Below, in pieces: positions 1-13,200 of a DNA stretch of 64,000 nt. The position numbers and the translations under genes were made by a program. Origin of the DNA: Marsupella aquatica. Its lineage: Eukaryota; Plantae; Marchantiophyta. The stretch spans positions 12,489,659 to 12,553,658 of the forward strand of contig OZ316898.1 of NCBI GenBank assembly GCA_973895155.1. The letters are read 5' to 3'. Under the pieces are notes generated by a model. That model had not been told where the DNA came from. It saw only the letters and a list, made by a program, of their open reading frames with translations, and did no database searches. The stretch's first letter is position 1; every line of letters begins with the position of its first letter.

Positions 1-2635
1 ATCAGGCAGATCTGAGAAATAAAGGGCAATTATGTCTAAGAGTGCAGAGTTTTCGCTGACCTCTAAAATATTAACGCGACCGGGCGTGTGATGAAACAAA
101 GACCTCAATTTTAAAATAGATTGCTGGCCAATTCGCTAGGCTGTCGACTACAATAAACAATATCAAAAGACACGAGATAAATTGGTTCACGCGATTGTGT
201 GCGTGACAAACTACATGTGTAACCAAAAAAATAGGTCATCCTACTAACAAGTTGAGATCAGGAAGATCTGAGAAATAAAGGGCGATTACGTCTAAGAGTG
301 CAAAGCTTTCGCTGACCTCTAAAACATTAACGCGACCGTGCGCGTGATGAAATGAAGACCTCGGTTTTAAAATAGATTGCTGGCCAATTCGCTAGGCTGT
401 CGACTACAATAAACAATATCAAAAGACACGAGATAAATTGGTTCATGCGACTGTGTGCGTGACGAACTACATGTGTAACCAAAAAAAAGGTCATCCTACT
501 AACAAGTTGAGATCAGGCAGATCTGAGAAATAAAGGGCAATTATGTCTAAGAGTGCAGAGTTTTCGCTGACCTCTAAAATATTAACGCGACCGGGCGTGT
601 GATGAAACAAAGACCTCAATTTTAAAATAGATTGCTGGCCAATTCGCTAGGCTCTCGACTACAATAAACAATATCAAAAGACACGAGATAAATTGGTTCA
701 CGCGATTGTGTGCGTGACAAACTACATGTGTAACCAAAAAAATAGGTCATCCTACTAACAAGTTGAGATCAGGAAGATCTGAGAAATAAAGGGCGATTAC
801 GTCTAAGAGTGCAAAGCTTTCGCTGACCTCTAAAACATTAACGCGACCGTGCGCGTGATGAAATGAAGACCTCGGTTTTAAAATAGATTGCTGGCCAATT
901 CGCTAGGCTGTCGACTACAATAAACAATATCAAAAGACACGAGATAAATTGGTTCATGCGACTGTGTGCGTGACGAACTACATGTGTAACCAAAAAAAAG
1001 GTCATCCTACTAACAAGTTGAGATCAGGCAGATCTGAGAAATAAAGGGCAATTATGTCTAAGAGTGTAGAGTTTTCACTGACCTCTAAAATATTAACGCG
1101 ACCGAGCGTGTGATGAAACAAAGACCTCAATTTTAAAATAGATTGCTGGCCAATTCGCTAGGCTCTCGACTACAATAAACAATATCAAAAGACACGAGAT
1201 AAATTGGTTCACGCGATTGTGTGCGTGACAAACTACATGTGTAACCAAAAAAACAGGTCATCCTACTAACAAGTTGAGATCAGGAAGATCTGAGAAATAA
1301 AGGGCGATTACATCTAAGAGTGCAAAGCTTTTGCTGACCTCTAAAACATTAACGCGACCGTGCGCGTGATGAAACGAAGACCTCAGTTTTAAAATAGATT
1401 GCTGGCCAATTCGCTAGGCTGTTGACTACAATAAACAATATCAAAAGACACGAGATAAATTGGTTCACGTGACTGTGTGCGTGACGAACTACATGTGTAA
1501 CCAAAAAAAAGGTCATCCTACTAACAAGTTGAGATCAGGCAGATCTGAGAAATAAAGGGCAATTATGTCTAAGAGTGCAGAGTTTTCGCTGACCTCTAAA
1601 ATATTAACGCGACCGGGCGGGTGATGAAACAAAGACCTCAATTTTAAAATAGATTGCTGGCCAATTCGCTAGGCTGTCAACTACAATAAACAATATCAAA
1701 AGACACGAGATAAATTGGTTCACGCGACTGTGCGCGTGACGAACTACATGTGTAACCAAAAAAAAAGGTCATCCTACTAACAAGTTGAGATCAGGAAGAT
1801 CTGAGAAATAAAGGGCGATTACGTCTAAGAGTGTAGGGCTTTCGTTGACCTCTAAAACATTAATGCGACCGGGCGCGTGATGAACCAAAGATCTCAGTTT
1901 TAAAATAGATTGCTGGCCAATTTACTAGGCTGTCGACTACAATAAACAATATCAAAAGACATGAGATAAATTGGTTCACGCGACTGTTCACGTGACGAAC
2001 TACATGTGTAACCAAAAAAATAGGTCATCCTACTAACAAGTTGAGATCAGAAAGATCTGAGAAATAAAGGGCAATTACGTCTAAGAGTGCAGAGCTTTCG
2101 CTGACCTCTAAAACATTAACGCGACCGGGCGCATCATGAAATGAAGACCTCGGTTTTAAAATAGATTGTTGGCCAATTTGCTAGGCTGTCGACTACAATA
2201 AACAATATCAAAAGACACGAGATAAATTGGTTCACGCGATTGTGTGCGTGACAAACTACATGTGTAACCAAAAAAATAGGTCATCCTACTAACAAGTTGA
2301 GATCAAGAAGATCTGAGAAATAAAGGGTGATTACGTCTAAGAGTGCAGAGCTTTCGCTGACCTCTAAAACATTAACGCGACCGTGCGCGTGATGAAACGA
2401 AGACCTCGGTTTTAAAATAGATTGCTGGCCAATTCGCCAGGCTGTCAACTACAATAAACAATATCAAAAGACACGAGATAAATTGGTTCACGCGACTGTG
2501 CGCGTGATGAACTACATGTGTAACCAAAAAATCAGGTCATCCTACTAACAAGTTGAGATCAGTCTGATCTGAGAAATGGACCTCGATTACATTTTGTTTC
2601 GCTAGGCCGTCGACTACAATAAACAATAGCAAAAT
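1..2635. repeat. Satellite array of 255/256-bp units, ~10 copies plus a degenerate end; continues off the left edge
   Basis: Unit starts (ATCAGG[C/A]AGATCTGAGAAATAAAGGG) at 1, 257, 512, 768, 1023, 1279, 1534, 1790, 2046, 2302 and 2558. Each unit holds two ACGCG-N6-CGCGT-like palindromes. Confidence 0.97.
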
Positions 2636-4029
2636 GTATGGACAACTATACTTGAACGCCATACAATTTTAGACTAGAGAATTCATTTGGATCCTCTACT
2701 AGTACTTCTAATACATTGCTTCTGTATTGGACTTGAAACACGGATTGATCAAAATCGGAATGAGAAATTGGACCATAACTTCATTGACTCAATTCATGCA
2801 TTGAAGGCGTGATTTAAGGCAACTACTCTCCTCATTTATTGTGGAATTAATGTTGATTGATACTTACAAGTTATTCAATTGCGTGTGGTCTCAGCAATGT
2901 TGGCGGCAACCCTCCGATGTTGGCGGAAACCCTCCTCCCAGCCAAGCCTCTTCCTTCCAGCGTAGCCTCCTCCTCGTCCCAGCTAACTAAGCCTCCTCCT
3001 TCAAACTCCAATTTCCTTGAGTATCATGACCGAATCCCACCACCAGAGAATGACAACTTGTTGATCGTATCGAGATCAATATCCTCGACCAGACAGTGAT
3101 TTCAGAATAGCCGCTCTTTGTTGGTCCGCTAGAATGCTTCGATGAATGAGGCAGACTCTGGAGGTTCTAAATCTTTGTCGTCTCGCTTCGTCGCAACTCT
3201 CTCGCTTGATCGGATGTGCTCTCCCCAAGAAGGTGATACAACAAGAACTGCGCCAGCGTTGCTTGAATGAGCTCCGCCTCCAACTGGAATAGTCGAATGA
3301 TCCAATCTGCTCCACCTCAAATATGCCTTGGATCAGCCTCCGCTGAGAGCCCAGCTAGTATCCTGGTTAGGAGAAACTAAAAATGAAGAATGATCCGTGA
3401 GCAATGAGATCAGTCTATTGACTCCATGAAGGATGTGTTCATCTGGACTTGATTTTGATTTTGAAAATTGGTTGAGTCTCCAGTCTTGAGAATCATTGTA
3501 CAGGATTGATTTTGAATATCGGTTCTCCCCGACCGTGAGAATCGTTTTACGTTGTTTAGAGTTTGGGTTTGAATTGGCAAGATAGAGAGTGGAGTACGGA
3601 TCCGGATCTGACTGTCTCCACTACCAAAATGGAACGATTTTGAAGTTCGCCTCCACTACATGATGGAACGATCGTGAGAAAGTTGTCATTCGTTCACATT
3701 TTGGATTTGAATTGGCAGATATAGTGAAGATACGGATCCCGATCCGAGGGTCCCCACTAGCAATCTTTCGCAGTTGCATAGTTATCGGTTTAAATTTCAA
3801 ATTGGCGATCAAATAGAAATCTCCTTTAGTATGGCAAATCAAAAGGAATCCGGTAATCTTTTTTTCACAATTGCATAGTTTGTTGAGTCGATGGTGGAAT
3901 GTATGGAGATCATCTGGAACCTTCCTATCGCTAGGCTATTATTAGGGTTTTGCTAAAATGATACCCTAATTAGTCCTTAGTATCGGCGCCCACGGTCTCG
4001 AGTTCACTGTTCATTGTTGTTGTTTCTTG

Positions 4030-4800
4030 CTCCCTAGACTTTTGCGTGCCTGCTCTCGTCGCTCTCGCTCTCGCTCTTGTCATTCTCACTCTCGTCGCTC
4101 TCGCTCTTGCTCTCGCTCTCGCTTCTGCCCTGGATTTCATTTTTGTCGTTGCAGCTCATTCGTTGTGGTCAGGTGCTTGTCGGCGCGTTGCAGCTCTTAG
4201 TAGTTGTCGATTGTTTTGACCAGGAGCTCGTTGGTGCGTTGCAGCTCGCATTTACAGCTCGTATTCACTTCTAGTTTGCTTGAAGGGATTCTTAGGAGCT
4301 CGTTGGGTTTGTTGCAGCTAGTTTTTTGGGAGTGCTCATATCAGCTCGTGTCAGCCAATTTTAAGCTCATATCAGCTTGATCAACGTGTTTCAGCAGCTT
4401 GAACTACTTTTTGGCAGCTTGTTTCAGCTCCTTCCATTCATCATTCAGGTTTGTTTCACCTCTTTCAATCTTCAGGTTTAGTGCGCTTTTATTCATGCTC
4501 AGTTTGTCTATCGACAGCTTTGATTGTACTTCTGGAAGAGTCTTTTTAACTCGATATAATGAGTTCCTTAGCATTAAGCACATGTTATTCAATTGGCAGC
4601 AGTGAAGCTCTATGTATAGAAGTATAGAAGTTGTGTTGTTGTTGCTTAGCATATTAATATCTTCAATCTTATATTTACTTTCTGGAATGCCGCAACAAGG
4701 TCTTCAAGTGCTTGGACGTCAATCTCTCAGACGATTACATCAATTTTTCAGAATTCAGGTGCAATTTCTACATTTTCTGCTGGTGTTGATTGTTGTTTGC
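4030..4800 (-). pseudogene. Decayed low-complexity/coiled-coil coding remnant
   Basis: ORF 4404..4652 is heptad-like (LNLKIERGETNLNDEWKELKQAAKK). The CTCGCT-type repeats at 4050-4125 read as RE/SE repeats on the minus strand. Many stops. Confidence 0.35.
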
Positions 4801-5238
4801 TAAAATTTCTCTTGATTGTTAAGCTAAGTTTTCATAATGCAATTTGTTTGTAAACTCAAATATGTCTGAATCATACAAACTCACTAATTAAAATACAACC
4901 TGAATCGTCTTAAGTAAGTCATTACAAACCTGCACGCTGTGAATTTAATCATATAAACTCTCATGTTATGTAAATCTCATTACACTGAATCCTTTAATTG
5001 ACAAATACAACCAGTAGACTGCTAAATTGAATCATCTTAGCTGAATCATTCTCTAAATTTTTGATATATAATAGTTTCACAATGACAGAGCTTAAACATC
5101 TGAATTATTATAAAGTTCATGAATGAATACAAATGAATGAATACAAATGAATGAAATCATGCTTACTCGGATTTCCTTGTCCGTACGGGTCAGTAATCAC
5201 TATATTATCCTAGTGTCCAAAAGTTGTTTGAGCTGTTG

Positions 5239-6512
5239 ACGCGACCAGTCGCGTGAAAAGATTGTGAGGTTCCATTTAGGATCAGTTGACGCGACCAGTC
5301 GCGTCTGAGGTAGCTCTCTCATTGACTGGTTCTGTTAGAGGAGGTAAGGTTCCTTTTAGGACCAATTGACGTGACCAATCGCATGTGAGAAGGAAACATG
5401 ATAGATTTACTGAGCGCGTACCATATCCAAATCTCCACAAGGAAGGTTCAGTGGATATAGTTGTTTAGGTTCAGTTGACGCGACCAGTCGCGTCTGAGGT
5501 AGCTCTCTGACTGGTTCTGTTAGAGGAGGTAAGGTTCCTTTTAGGACCAGTTGACGCGACCAGTCGCGTATGAGAAGTAAACAGGATAGATTTACTGAGC
5601 TCGTACCATATCCAATCTCCACAAGAAAGGTTCAGTGGATATAGTTGTTTAGGTTCAGTTGACGTGACCAGTCGCGTCTGAGGTAGCTCTCTCATTGACT
5701 GGTTCTGTTAGAGGAGGTAAGGTTCCTTTTAGGACCAGTTGACGCGACCAGTAGCCTCTGAGGTAGCTCTCTCATTGACTAGTTCTGTTAGAGGAAGTAA
5801 GGTTCCTTTTAGGACCAGTTGACGCGACCAGTCGCATGTGAGAAGGAAACAGGATAGATTTACTGAGCGCGTACCATATCCAAATCTCCACAAGGAAGGT
5901 TCAATGGATATAGTTGTTTAGGTTTAGTTGACGCGACCAGTCGCGTCTGAGGTAGCTCTCTCATTGGCTGGTTCTTTTAGAGGAGGTAAGGTTCCTTTTA
6001 GGACCAATTGACGCGACCAGTCGCGTGTAAGAAGGAAACATGATAGATTATTGAGCGCGTACCATATCCAAATCTCCACAAGGAAGGTTCAGTGGATATA
6101 GTTGTTTAGGTTCAGTTGACGCGACTAGTCGCGTCTGAGGTAGATCTCTCATTGACTAGTTCTGTTAGAGGACGTAAGATTTCAGTTAGGATCAGTTGAC
6201 GCGACCAGTCGCGTCTGAGGTAGATCTCTCATTGACTGGCTTTGTTAGAGGACGTAACGTTCCATTTAGGATCAGTTGACGCGACCAGTCGCGTCTGAGG
6301 TAGATCTCTCATTGACTAGTTTTGTTAGAGGAGGTAACATTCCATTTAGGACCAGTTGACGCGACCAGTCGCGTTTGAGGTAGCTCTCTCATTGACTGGT
6401 TTTGTTAGAGGACAAAGCAACATTTATGATTTGCCACATTGTAACCCGAAAAAATCACAGTCTCTCAAAGAATTGTTTATACATTCTGATTTATTGACGC
6501 GACCAGTCGCGT
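5239..6512. repeat. Composite tandem array of ~80-bp and ~109-bp units, each anchored on the palindrome ACGCGACCAGTCGCGT (15 copies)
   Basis: Palindrome starts at 5239, 5289, 5369, 5478, 5554, 5662, 5742, 5822, 5931, 6011, 6119, 6199, 6279, 6359 and 6497. Confidence 0.95.
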
Positions 6513-6553
6513 GAAAATCATCCCTAGGATATATCATTTGGCTTAAAAGAGTC

Positions 6554-6874
6554 ATGGGCGAACCTGGTCTGGAGAGCTTTAGATATCTATGCCCAATATT
6601 TGACGTTTTGGACAGAAGCCAAGATGGTCTACTGGTGGGATATTTTGTATTTGTTGAAACACTACTACCTGGACTTCCAGATTTCATTGTGGCGGAATTG
6701 ATATGGCCTCGGATCAAGGAGTCTTTTAATTCCTCGGCTAATGCAGGAAATTTCTCAATAAAGGAATTGGATGAGTTTGTAGGACTATCTTCGGTGTGTC
6801 GCAGATGGCGCCACCTTGTTGGGAATACCTATCTTCTGGGTGTAATCAAGTTGAGTTTATTAGATTTGGCTTAA
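6554..6874 (+). pseudogene. F-box-like protein fragment 1
   Basis: LLPGLPDFIVAELIWPRI...LSSVCRRWRHLV matches the plant F-box pattern LPGLPDD...L..VCRRW. Confidence 0.65.
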
Positions 6875-6938
6875 ATCTCAGAATCTAGGTGGTCCCAGTT
6901 CTTAATGGATAGGTTTTGTTCTTAATATTTTCCATATT

Positions 6939-7469
6939 ATGTTGCAGTCCTTTGACATGAATCAAAAATCTCATCGTCAAATGATGATGGAGCGCATTGC
7001 ACGTGCAAAGGTTATGAACCGAAACATGATATGGAGTCAAGCTGAAGACCTGATACCCAGTCTTCCGGACGATATTGTCGAGAAATATATTTGGCCATTA
7101 GTCAAAGAGTTTTTCCACAGTCTTGGGAATTTGTCGGATAATGCGATTAAAAATCGGGTCATGGACTTGATCGCCATTTGAATAGTCAGTAAGAAGTGGT
7201 GCCACATAGTTACTTATAGTAGTACTTGGGCGACAGTCACTTTGGTAGCTTACGACTTCACTGATAGACCAGGATATGAATCGCTTCGAAGGCATTTGAC
7301 TTCACGGAGTGTAGCATTCAGATTTACAGAATCCATCAGAACTCTCCCGTCGCTGGACATTCTGGGTGGATTTGAAGGATCTGAACTTGACACGTTTAGG
7401 AACCTTTGGTTTTGGTTAGATGAAGATGAGCGAGAGGATTGGGTCAAGATAAACATTCCTAAAATATAA
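6939..7469 (+). pseudogene. F-box-like protein fragment 2 with a premature stop at 7179-7181
   Basis: LIPSLPDDIVEKYIWPLV...DLIAI*IVSKKWCHIV, continuing in frame into ORF 7242..7469. Confidence 0.6.
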
Positions 7470-8249
7470 TTCGGCACGACGCGACCATGCGCGTGTTAGT
7501 ATTTTATAATAAACGTTTAACTTTCAATATTTGTCTGTTTCAGAATGGATCCTACCCGAACTTCAAAGCGGAAAAAAGACTCGTCTAAAGCCGCTTCTCG
7601 TAAGAAATCCAAGACAAAAATGACTCCCGCAGAGACATCCATACTTGCATATCGAGGAAAGTCAATCAGAGAGAGAACAACGGAGATAAAGAGTATCCAT
7701 CTCTTTGAATCGACTGAGATATCCGATTTTGGAATAGTCGTTCGCAATGGGGCTGTCCATCTTGTGGTGGCAAAAAATGATAAAGCTACAGTTTTGGAGA
7801 GATCACAAATTCTTGGGTGTTTCTTTGAGAAGAACATGAAAGTTAAAGAGTATACAGAGGGATTGGTTCTGCTAGTCAGCGACGACCAGCAGGAGGACAA
7901 AATAAGCATTTGTTTGGATCGAACGCAATATGTAACCTTCAATCAGCCCAGAATCGATGATCTTCTAGGTGCAAGGCACGCCTTGGAAAAGGTTACTAGT
8001 GTGGGATATCCTTCCGATCCAGAGGGATCAACGGGAGATTTGATTTGTCAATATATTATTGACGTACTTGAGTTCCAGAGAGTTCCTTTCAACCAGGGAT
8101 TTCGCTTGGGAAAGGCCCCCCCAGTGACCAAGGTTGAAGTATACTCGGCGAAGAATCTTCCGAAAGTAATTACCTCAGCGAATGTCGGGGCTCTGTTCGA
8201 TTTTTTCCTCAAAGAATATAGTGCTGTGAATATATTTAACAGCAAGTCA

Positions 8250-8700
8250 TTTTTTGTTGAGACATCACGTTGTCATCTTGACCGGACCACATCAAGTGCC
8301 GAGAGTGGAATCAGGATTACATAGATAGGCTAAAGAATTCACTCCTCTCTCATTCAGCTATAAAGTTCAAAAAGCGATGTTGCATTTTAGTCCCTGTGAA
8401 GTGGGTTCAGTCGGAGGCCGACAGAGATCCCAACTACAATGGGGCGCCCTACGATTTGGCGCCAACGGAGGAGGACATTATGACCAGTCATTTTTGGATA
8501 CTCGGAGGCCAACACACAATAATAGCGTACAAATTGCTGAAAGAGGACGACAAAGTCAGCCAAGTTGTACGAGACGCTTGCGGTACTGTAGAAGCTATAA
8601 TGTTTTGGGCAACGCTCAACAACGACAATAATATTCATTTGATGGGATTATCGAAGGCTCTAAACCAGTGTCATCAAACATCAATGGAAGAAGGATAGTT
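8250..8700 (+). other. ParB/Sulfiredoxin-like N-terminal domain (within the large pseudogene)
   Basis: After frameshift correction: VETSRCHLxPDHIKCREWNQDYIDRLKNSLLSHS...ILVP...FWILGGQHTIIAYKLL. This follows the ParB-N pattern R....(I/V)..L..S...(I)xxG(Q/N)HR..A, with T in place of the R. Confidence 0.55.
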
Positions 8701-11700
8701 TCTCACCATTGTACGACAGTGTCGTAATATCTGGAACTCATTTGGGCAGCCTGGACCACATTATCGTCATCCAAATTGGAAGGTATATAAATAACCCTCT
8801 TCGATCACATTATCGTTTAAAATTTTCATGCGAAAGGTCGCGTCAAGCTTAGAATTTTTCTCACGCGAACGGTCGCGTTAATCTTAGAATTGTCATATTT
8901 CCATTGTTTTCAGGTATTTATGAGAGCTACGAGTTTTGTTTGCCCATGGGCTCAAATAGGGAAGAATGAAATGATGAAATTTGGAGAATTGGCTCCGTTT
9001 CTCTTTACAATGGAGGACAAAACATTCAAGAAGTGGATGGAGGTCTACGAACTGTCAAGGACAGGAGAGCTTGTAATTTACAACGGAATTTTACAGAGGG
9101 ACGCTGTCAAAATTGCGGATAATCCCTGTGCTTATCATCTTCTGAAGAAGATGTTCCGTTCTTGTCAAGGGTGCTCAGACTCGGTTCTTTGAAAGGCAGC
9201 GGAATATATGTTGAGCGGAAGACTGTCTATACTCAAAAACCGAAGCATCAAAGTGAAATCTGGAAAGGCGAGGAAGTCCTCTGAGGCTCCAGTGTTGTCA
9301 ACGACCAGCATGAGTTTGGAGAAATTTTGTATAAAGAAGAAGACAAAAGTTGAGTTTGAGATTTTATTATTGAGTAAACTCAACAGGGATACATCCACCC
9401 GGACGGAGCTGAAAAGTCTGACAGATTCAGCGCGGAAATTGTGGGTCAAATGAGTGATTGATCGTTTTAAGCTCGACAAGATGGTGTTGAAGCAGTTGAG
9501 AGATGCACTGAGTGCTTATCTAAAGAAGTGCTTAAATGTAAATATTAGTGCTGATAATTTGTTGAAAGAGATCGACCCGATATTCTACAGGTTGGTGGAA
9601 GGAATACAGAAATCAGTTGATAGTCAAGGAAACCAACTAGTGCGGCCGGTCAATGAGAGGCTGAAATTGCGATCCCTGCAGGATATACAAAATGTTGGGT
9701 TTGCAGACTGTATCATACGTGAAGACAAAAACCTTGCGAGCTTGATTTATATTGATTCCTCATCAATGGGAGATTTGCGTCCGCCAAATTGCTCATTCTA
9801 TGAGGGGTTATTTTGTGCTACTAGCAAGATAGGGGCAAAACCACACCATGTGGTTATTATTGTAGCCTCTCCCGTTGAGTCTTATTTAATCAAACGGGAA
9901 TTAGGGAAGTACACACACTACGTTGCTGTCGATAGCCATTATATTCAGAAGCGGCCGAAGGAGAAGAAGCTTATTGTAACCTACGCTTTTCACAGCTTAG
10001 CCTTCAGCACAATTGGCGATCCACAAGCCCTCGAGTTCCAATTGGTCTCCAAATATCGGATTGAGAAGATAGCCAATTTTGAAGAGAGCGGCGAGTACAC
10101 GACACCTTCCCCAGAAAAGATACTTCCATTCTTTGAAAGTATTGTTAGTCAATTCGTCCAATATGGGGAATGGGCTATATGCTTCGGCGAGGAAACGAAC
10201 TTGATCCAGTGCTTAATGGTAAGTTTTGAGATTTATATTTTGGGGTTTCGATTTTAAGATTATTTAGATTATTATATTCTCAATTAATATTGTGAACTAA
10301 TTTTGGCTTTTTTATAGGATGTTGGATCCAATGTAAAATATTACTGCCCTGTGGCAACGCATAGGGAGTTGTCTTGTTTCTTGCAACACACCACGGCGAT
10401 AATTGATACAATGCTGTCATTGATTGACCCAGTACGGGCTAGTATAGAAAAATGTATAGATAAATTAATGAAGTACCGTCCATCCATAACTGCTCTCAGG
10501 GCTGATGTTTTGGATGTCCTCCATGAACAACATATCCCTGATAATATTTGTAATCAATTATTGCAAGAGTATGCACTCTTTGAAGATTCCGATTGATTGT
10601 ACATTCGACCAACGGAGTACCCTAGTGGGTCAATCCAAGGTAGGTTACTTTTAAATTCTCTTACTTTTTCTTGCGTCACGCAAACATGCGCGTGGACATT
10701 CTTAACATTTATTTGCACGCGAATATGCGCGTGAGTCATTCTTATCAAATGATTTGATTTTATTGAGATCAAGTCGACTGCGGCTTCAATGTTGAGGATG
10801 CAGGGAGCAATGGTGATGCGGATGGTGAGGGGGAAGGTGACGCGGAAGGTGACGCGGATGGGGATGTCAATGACCAAGATCCAGAGTGGATGACCGATAC
10901 ACAGAACGACGTCGGAGATTCCGACAATAGAGGAGATGAAGAGAGTGACAAAGAGGAGATGAAGGACGTTGAGGACGCTGATGAAGAGGACGAGGAGATG
11001 GAGGGTTCTGAGGATGCTGAGGACTCTGATGAAGAGGCCACATAGGAGCCTCGACATGAGGTGGACCGAGAGGAGGCGGCCCGGCAGGAGGAGGCCAGCG
11101 AGGAGGCGGCCCAGCAAGAGGAGCTTCAAAAGGAGGCGGCCTGGCAAGAGGAGCTTCAAAAGAAGGAGGCGGCCCGGCAGGAGGAGGCCCGGCAGGAGGA
11201 GGCCCGGGAGGAGGCCCGACAAGAGGCGTCCCGACAAAAGGCGGCCCGGCAAGAGGAGCTTCAAAAGAAGGAGGCTAAGAAGAAAAAGGCGGCAGCTAGA
11301 AAAGCAACTACCGCGAAGAAGAAGGAAAAAGCCGACGCTGAGAAAGCCCAGGTGGAGAAAGCCAAGGCTGAGAAAGCCGAGGCTGAGAAAGTCAAGGCTG
11401 AGAAAGCGGAGGCGGAGAAAGCGGAGGCTGAGAAAGCCCAGGCTGAGAAAGCGGAGGCTGCGAGAGTCCTTTTAGTGACAAAGGCAATTAGGGCCAAGGC
11501 GGAGAGTGTGGCGGCTGAGAGGCTGCTGGCCGAGAGGATGGCAGACGAGACCGCAAGACCGGAGAGGGTGGAGGCGGAGAAGTTGGAGGCGGAAAAGGTC
11601 GATTCTGCAAGATTGGAGAGAGAAGAAGCCGCAAGACTGGAGAGAGAAGAAGGCACAAGATTGGAGGCAGCAAGGAAGGAGGCCGAGAGGGCCAAGGATC

Positions 11701-12504
11701 TTTCGCTTATTCCTGAGGCACAACATCTACCGAAAATAAAGTTGAATTTGAAGAAGCCTTCTTCACCCTCAGTTGTAGTTAAAAAGAAAATATTAGACTA
11801 TTTTCTTCGCCCGAAGTTTGAATTAAATGATCCACCCTTAAGTACGGTCTCGTTGGATGATTGGAATAAATATTCACCAAAGCAGCTCTGAGTCCAGGCA
11901 ATCTTTGCTTTGCAATATTGGAGGGGTCTTTTGATTACCGAGGAGAAGACTGCCAGTGCATCCAGAATGGAGACAATCATCAATAATGTCCGCTTTTCCG
12001 AGAATCGAGTGCAAGACCTGGGAACGTCTTTGGCACCAGACTCAGCTCAAGTCGTTAAGAGACTAACAGCTGACTTGACGCGACCGGGTTCATGGTCTCG
12101 ACCCCGATATATTGCAGAGGTCACTCGCGCAGAAATTGTGGCACCGGATATTTTGGAATCGGATTCCCAGATTGTGGAATATTTAAATCAAATGCCACAA
12201 CCATTTGAAGGTCTTCCCGAGTCATCGCTCCAACCTTCGCAAACTGGTCCGGTGGAGCGATCACTGCGATCTCGAGGAGGGCTGAAGGATGTTGTTGCGA
12301 AGGAGGCACCCAAGGGATCAGCTGCGAAAAGGCCGGATCCACCCAATCCAAAGGTCATTCGCAAGCTATAAGCTTAAAGTTTCTATTATAGACGTCATTA
12401 TTTTATTATTGATTTGTTATTGTTTATGTTTTTTGAGGTAGAACCCTTAGGCTACAACCTTAGTACGTTATTTGAAGGCGTACTGAAATCTCTGTTTTTT
12501 GCAG

Positions 12505-13200
12505 TTTTTTGAAAATTTGGCTAGTCGAATAGATCAATGCCTTGATCCTTCTAAGAATATGGAAGAGCTATTGACCAAGTTCTTACAACACTCGATCAAG
12601 AGGAAACATATGATGTGTTTGAGTCCGCGCGAGTTGCTCACCGATGATATAATTAACGCTTATTTGAGTTTTCTCGAACTGATTCTCGATAGAGTTGGAA
12701 AGTCAGACCTTGTCAAATTCTTCCAAATACACCATTTTGAGCTTCTCTCCATGGATCCTACCATTTTCGATGAGGAGAGAGCAGCTTGGACAAAGGAGTT
12801 TCCGCTAAAAATCAGTGAATATGACAAACTGGTCTTTCCAGTACATAATGCTGTGAAAGAACATTGGTCATTGGTAGATGTGTATCCGAAGGAGAAACGG
12901 CTCGAGTACCTAGATTCTCTAGTTCATAATCGACAAAATCCTGGGGTGCTAGATATTGTTGGGAAGTACTACGCCGACAAAATTGGTTGGAGAACTGGTG
13001 TCAACTTGGATCTCTCAGGTTGGGAACGGATATATCGGAATGATATTCCTCACCAGAGTGACGGCCACAGTTGTGGTGTGTTTATCTTGAGATACGCCAA
13101 GTGCTTGTGTCAAGGAAACGAAATTAATTTTGCCGTGGATCAAATTGAGAAATTCCGTAGGGAGATAGTCTTGTCGTTATTTGACATGGACTTCCGCAAG
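12505..13200 (+). other. Ulp1/SENP peptidase C48 (SUMO protease) domain with intact catalytic residues
   Basis: LTDDIINAYL, FPVHNAVKEHWSLVDV, EYLDSL and IPHQSDGHSCGVF give the His-Asp-Cys triad plus the oxyanion Gln. Confidence 0.93.

Noticed and set aside
5239-6512. CRISPR-like array (palindromic repeat with spacers)
   Set aside because: Spacers are themselves repeated (two types) and 60-95 bp long; there are no cas genes and the context is eukaryotic.
10554-11739. Overlapping Arg-rich, Leu-rich and Ser/Ala-rich ORFs in other frames
   Set aside because: Shadow frames of the repetitive acidic/coiled-coil exon.
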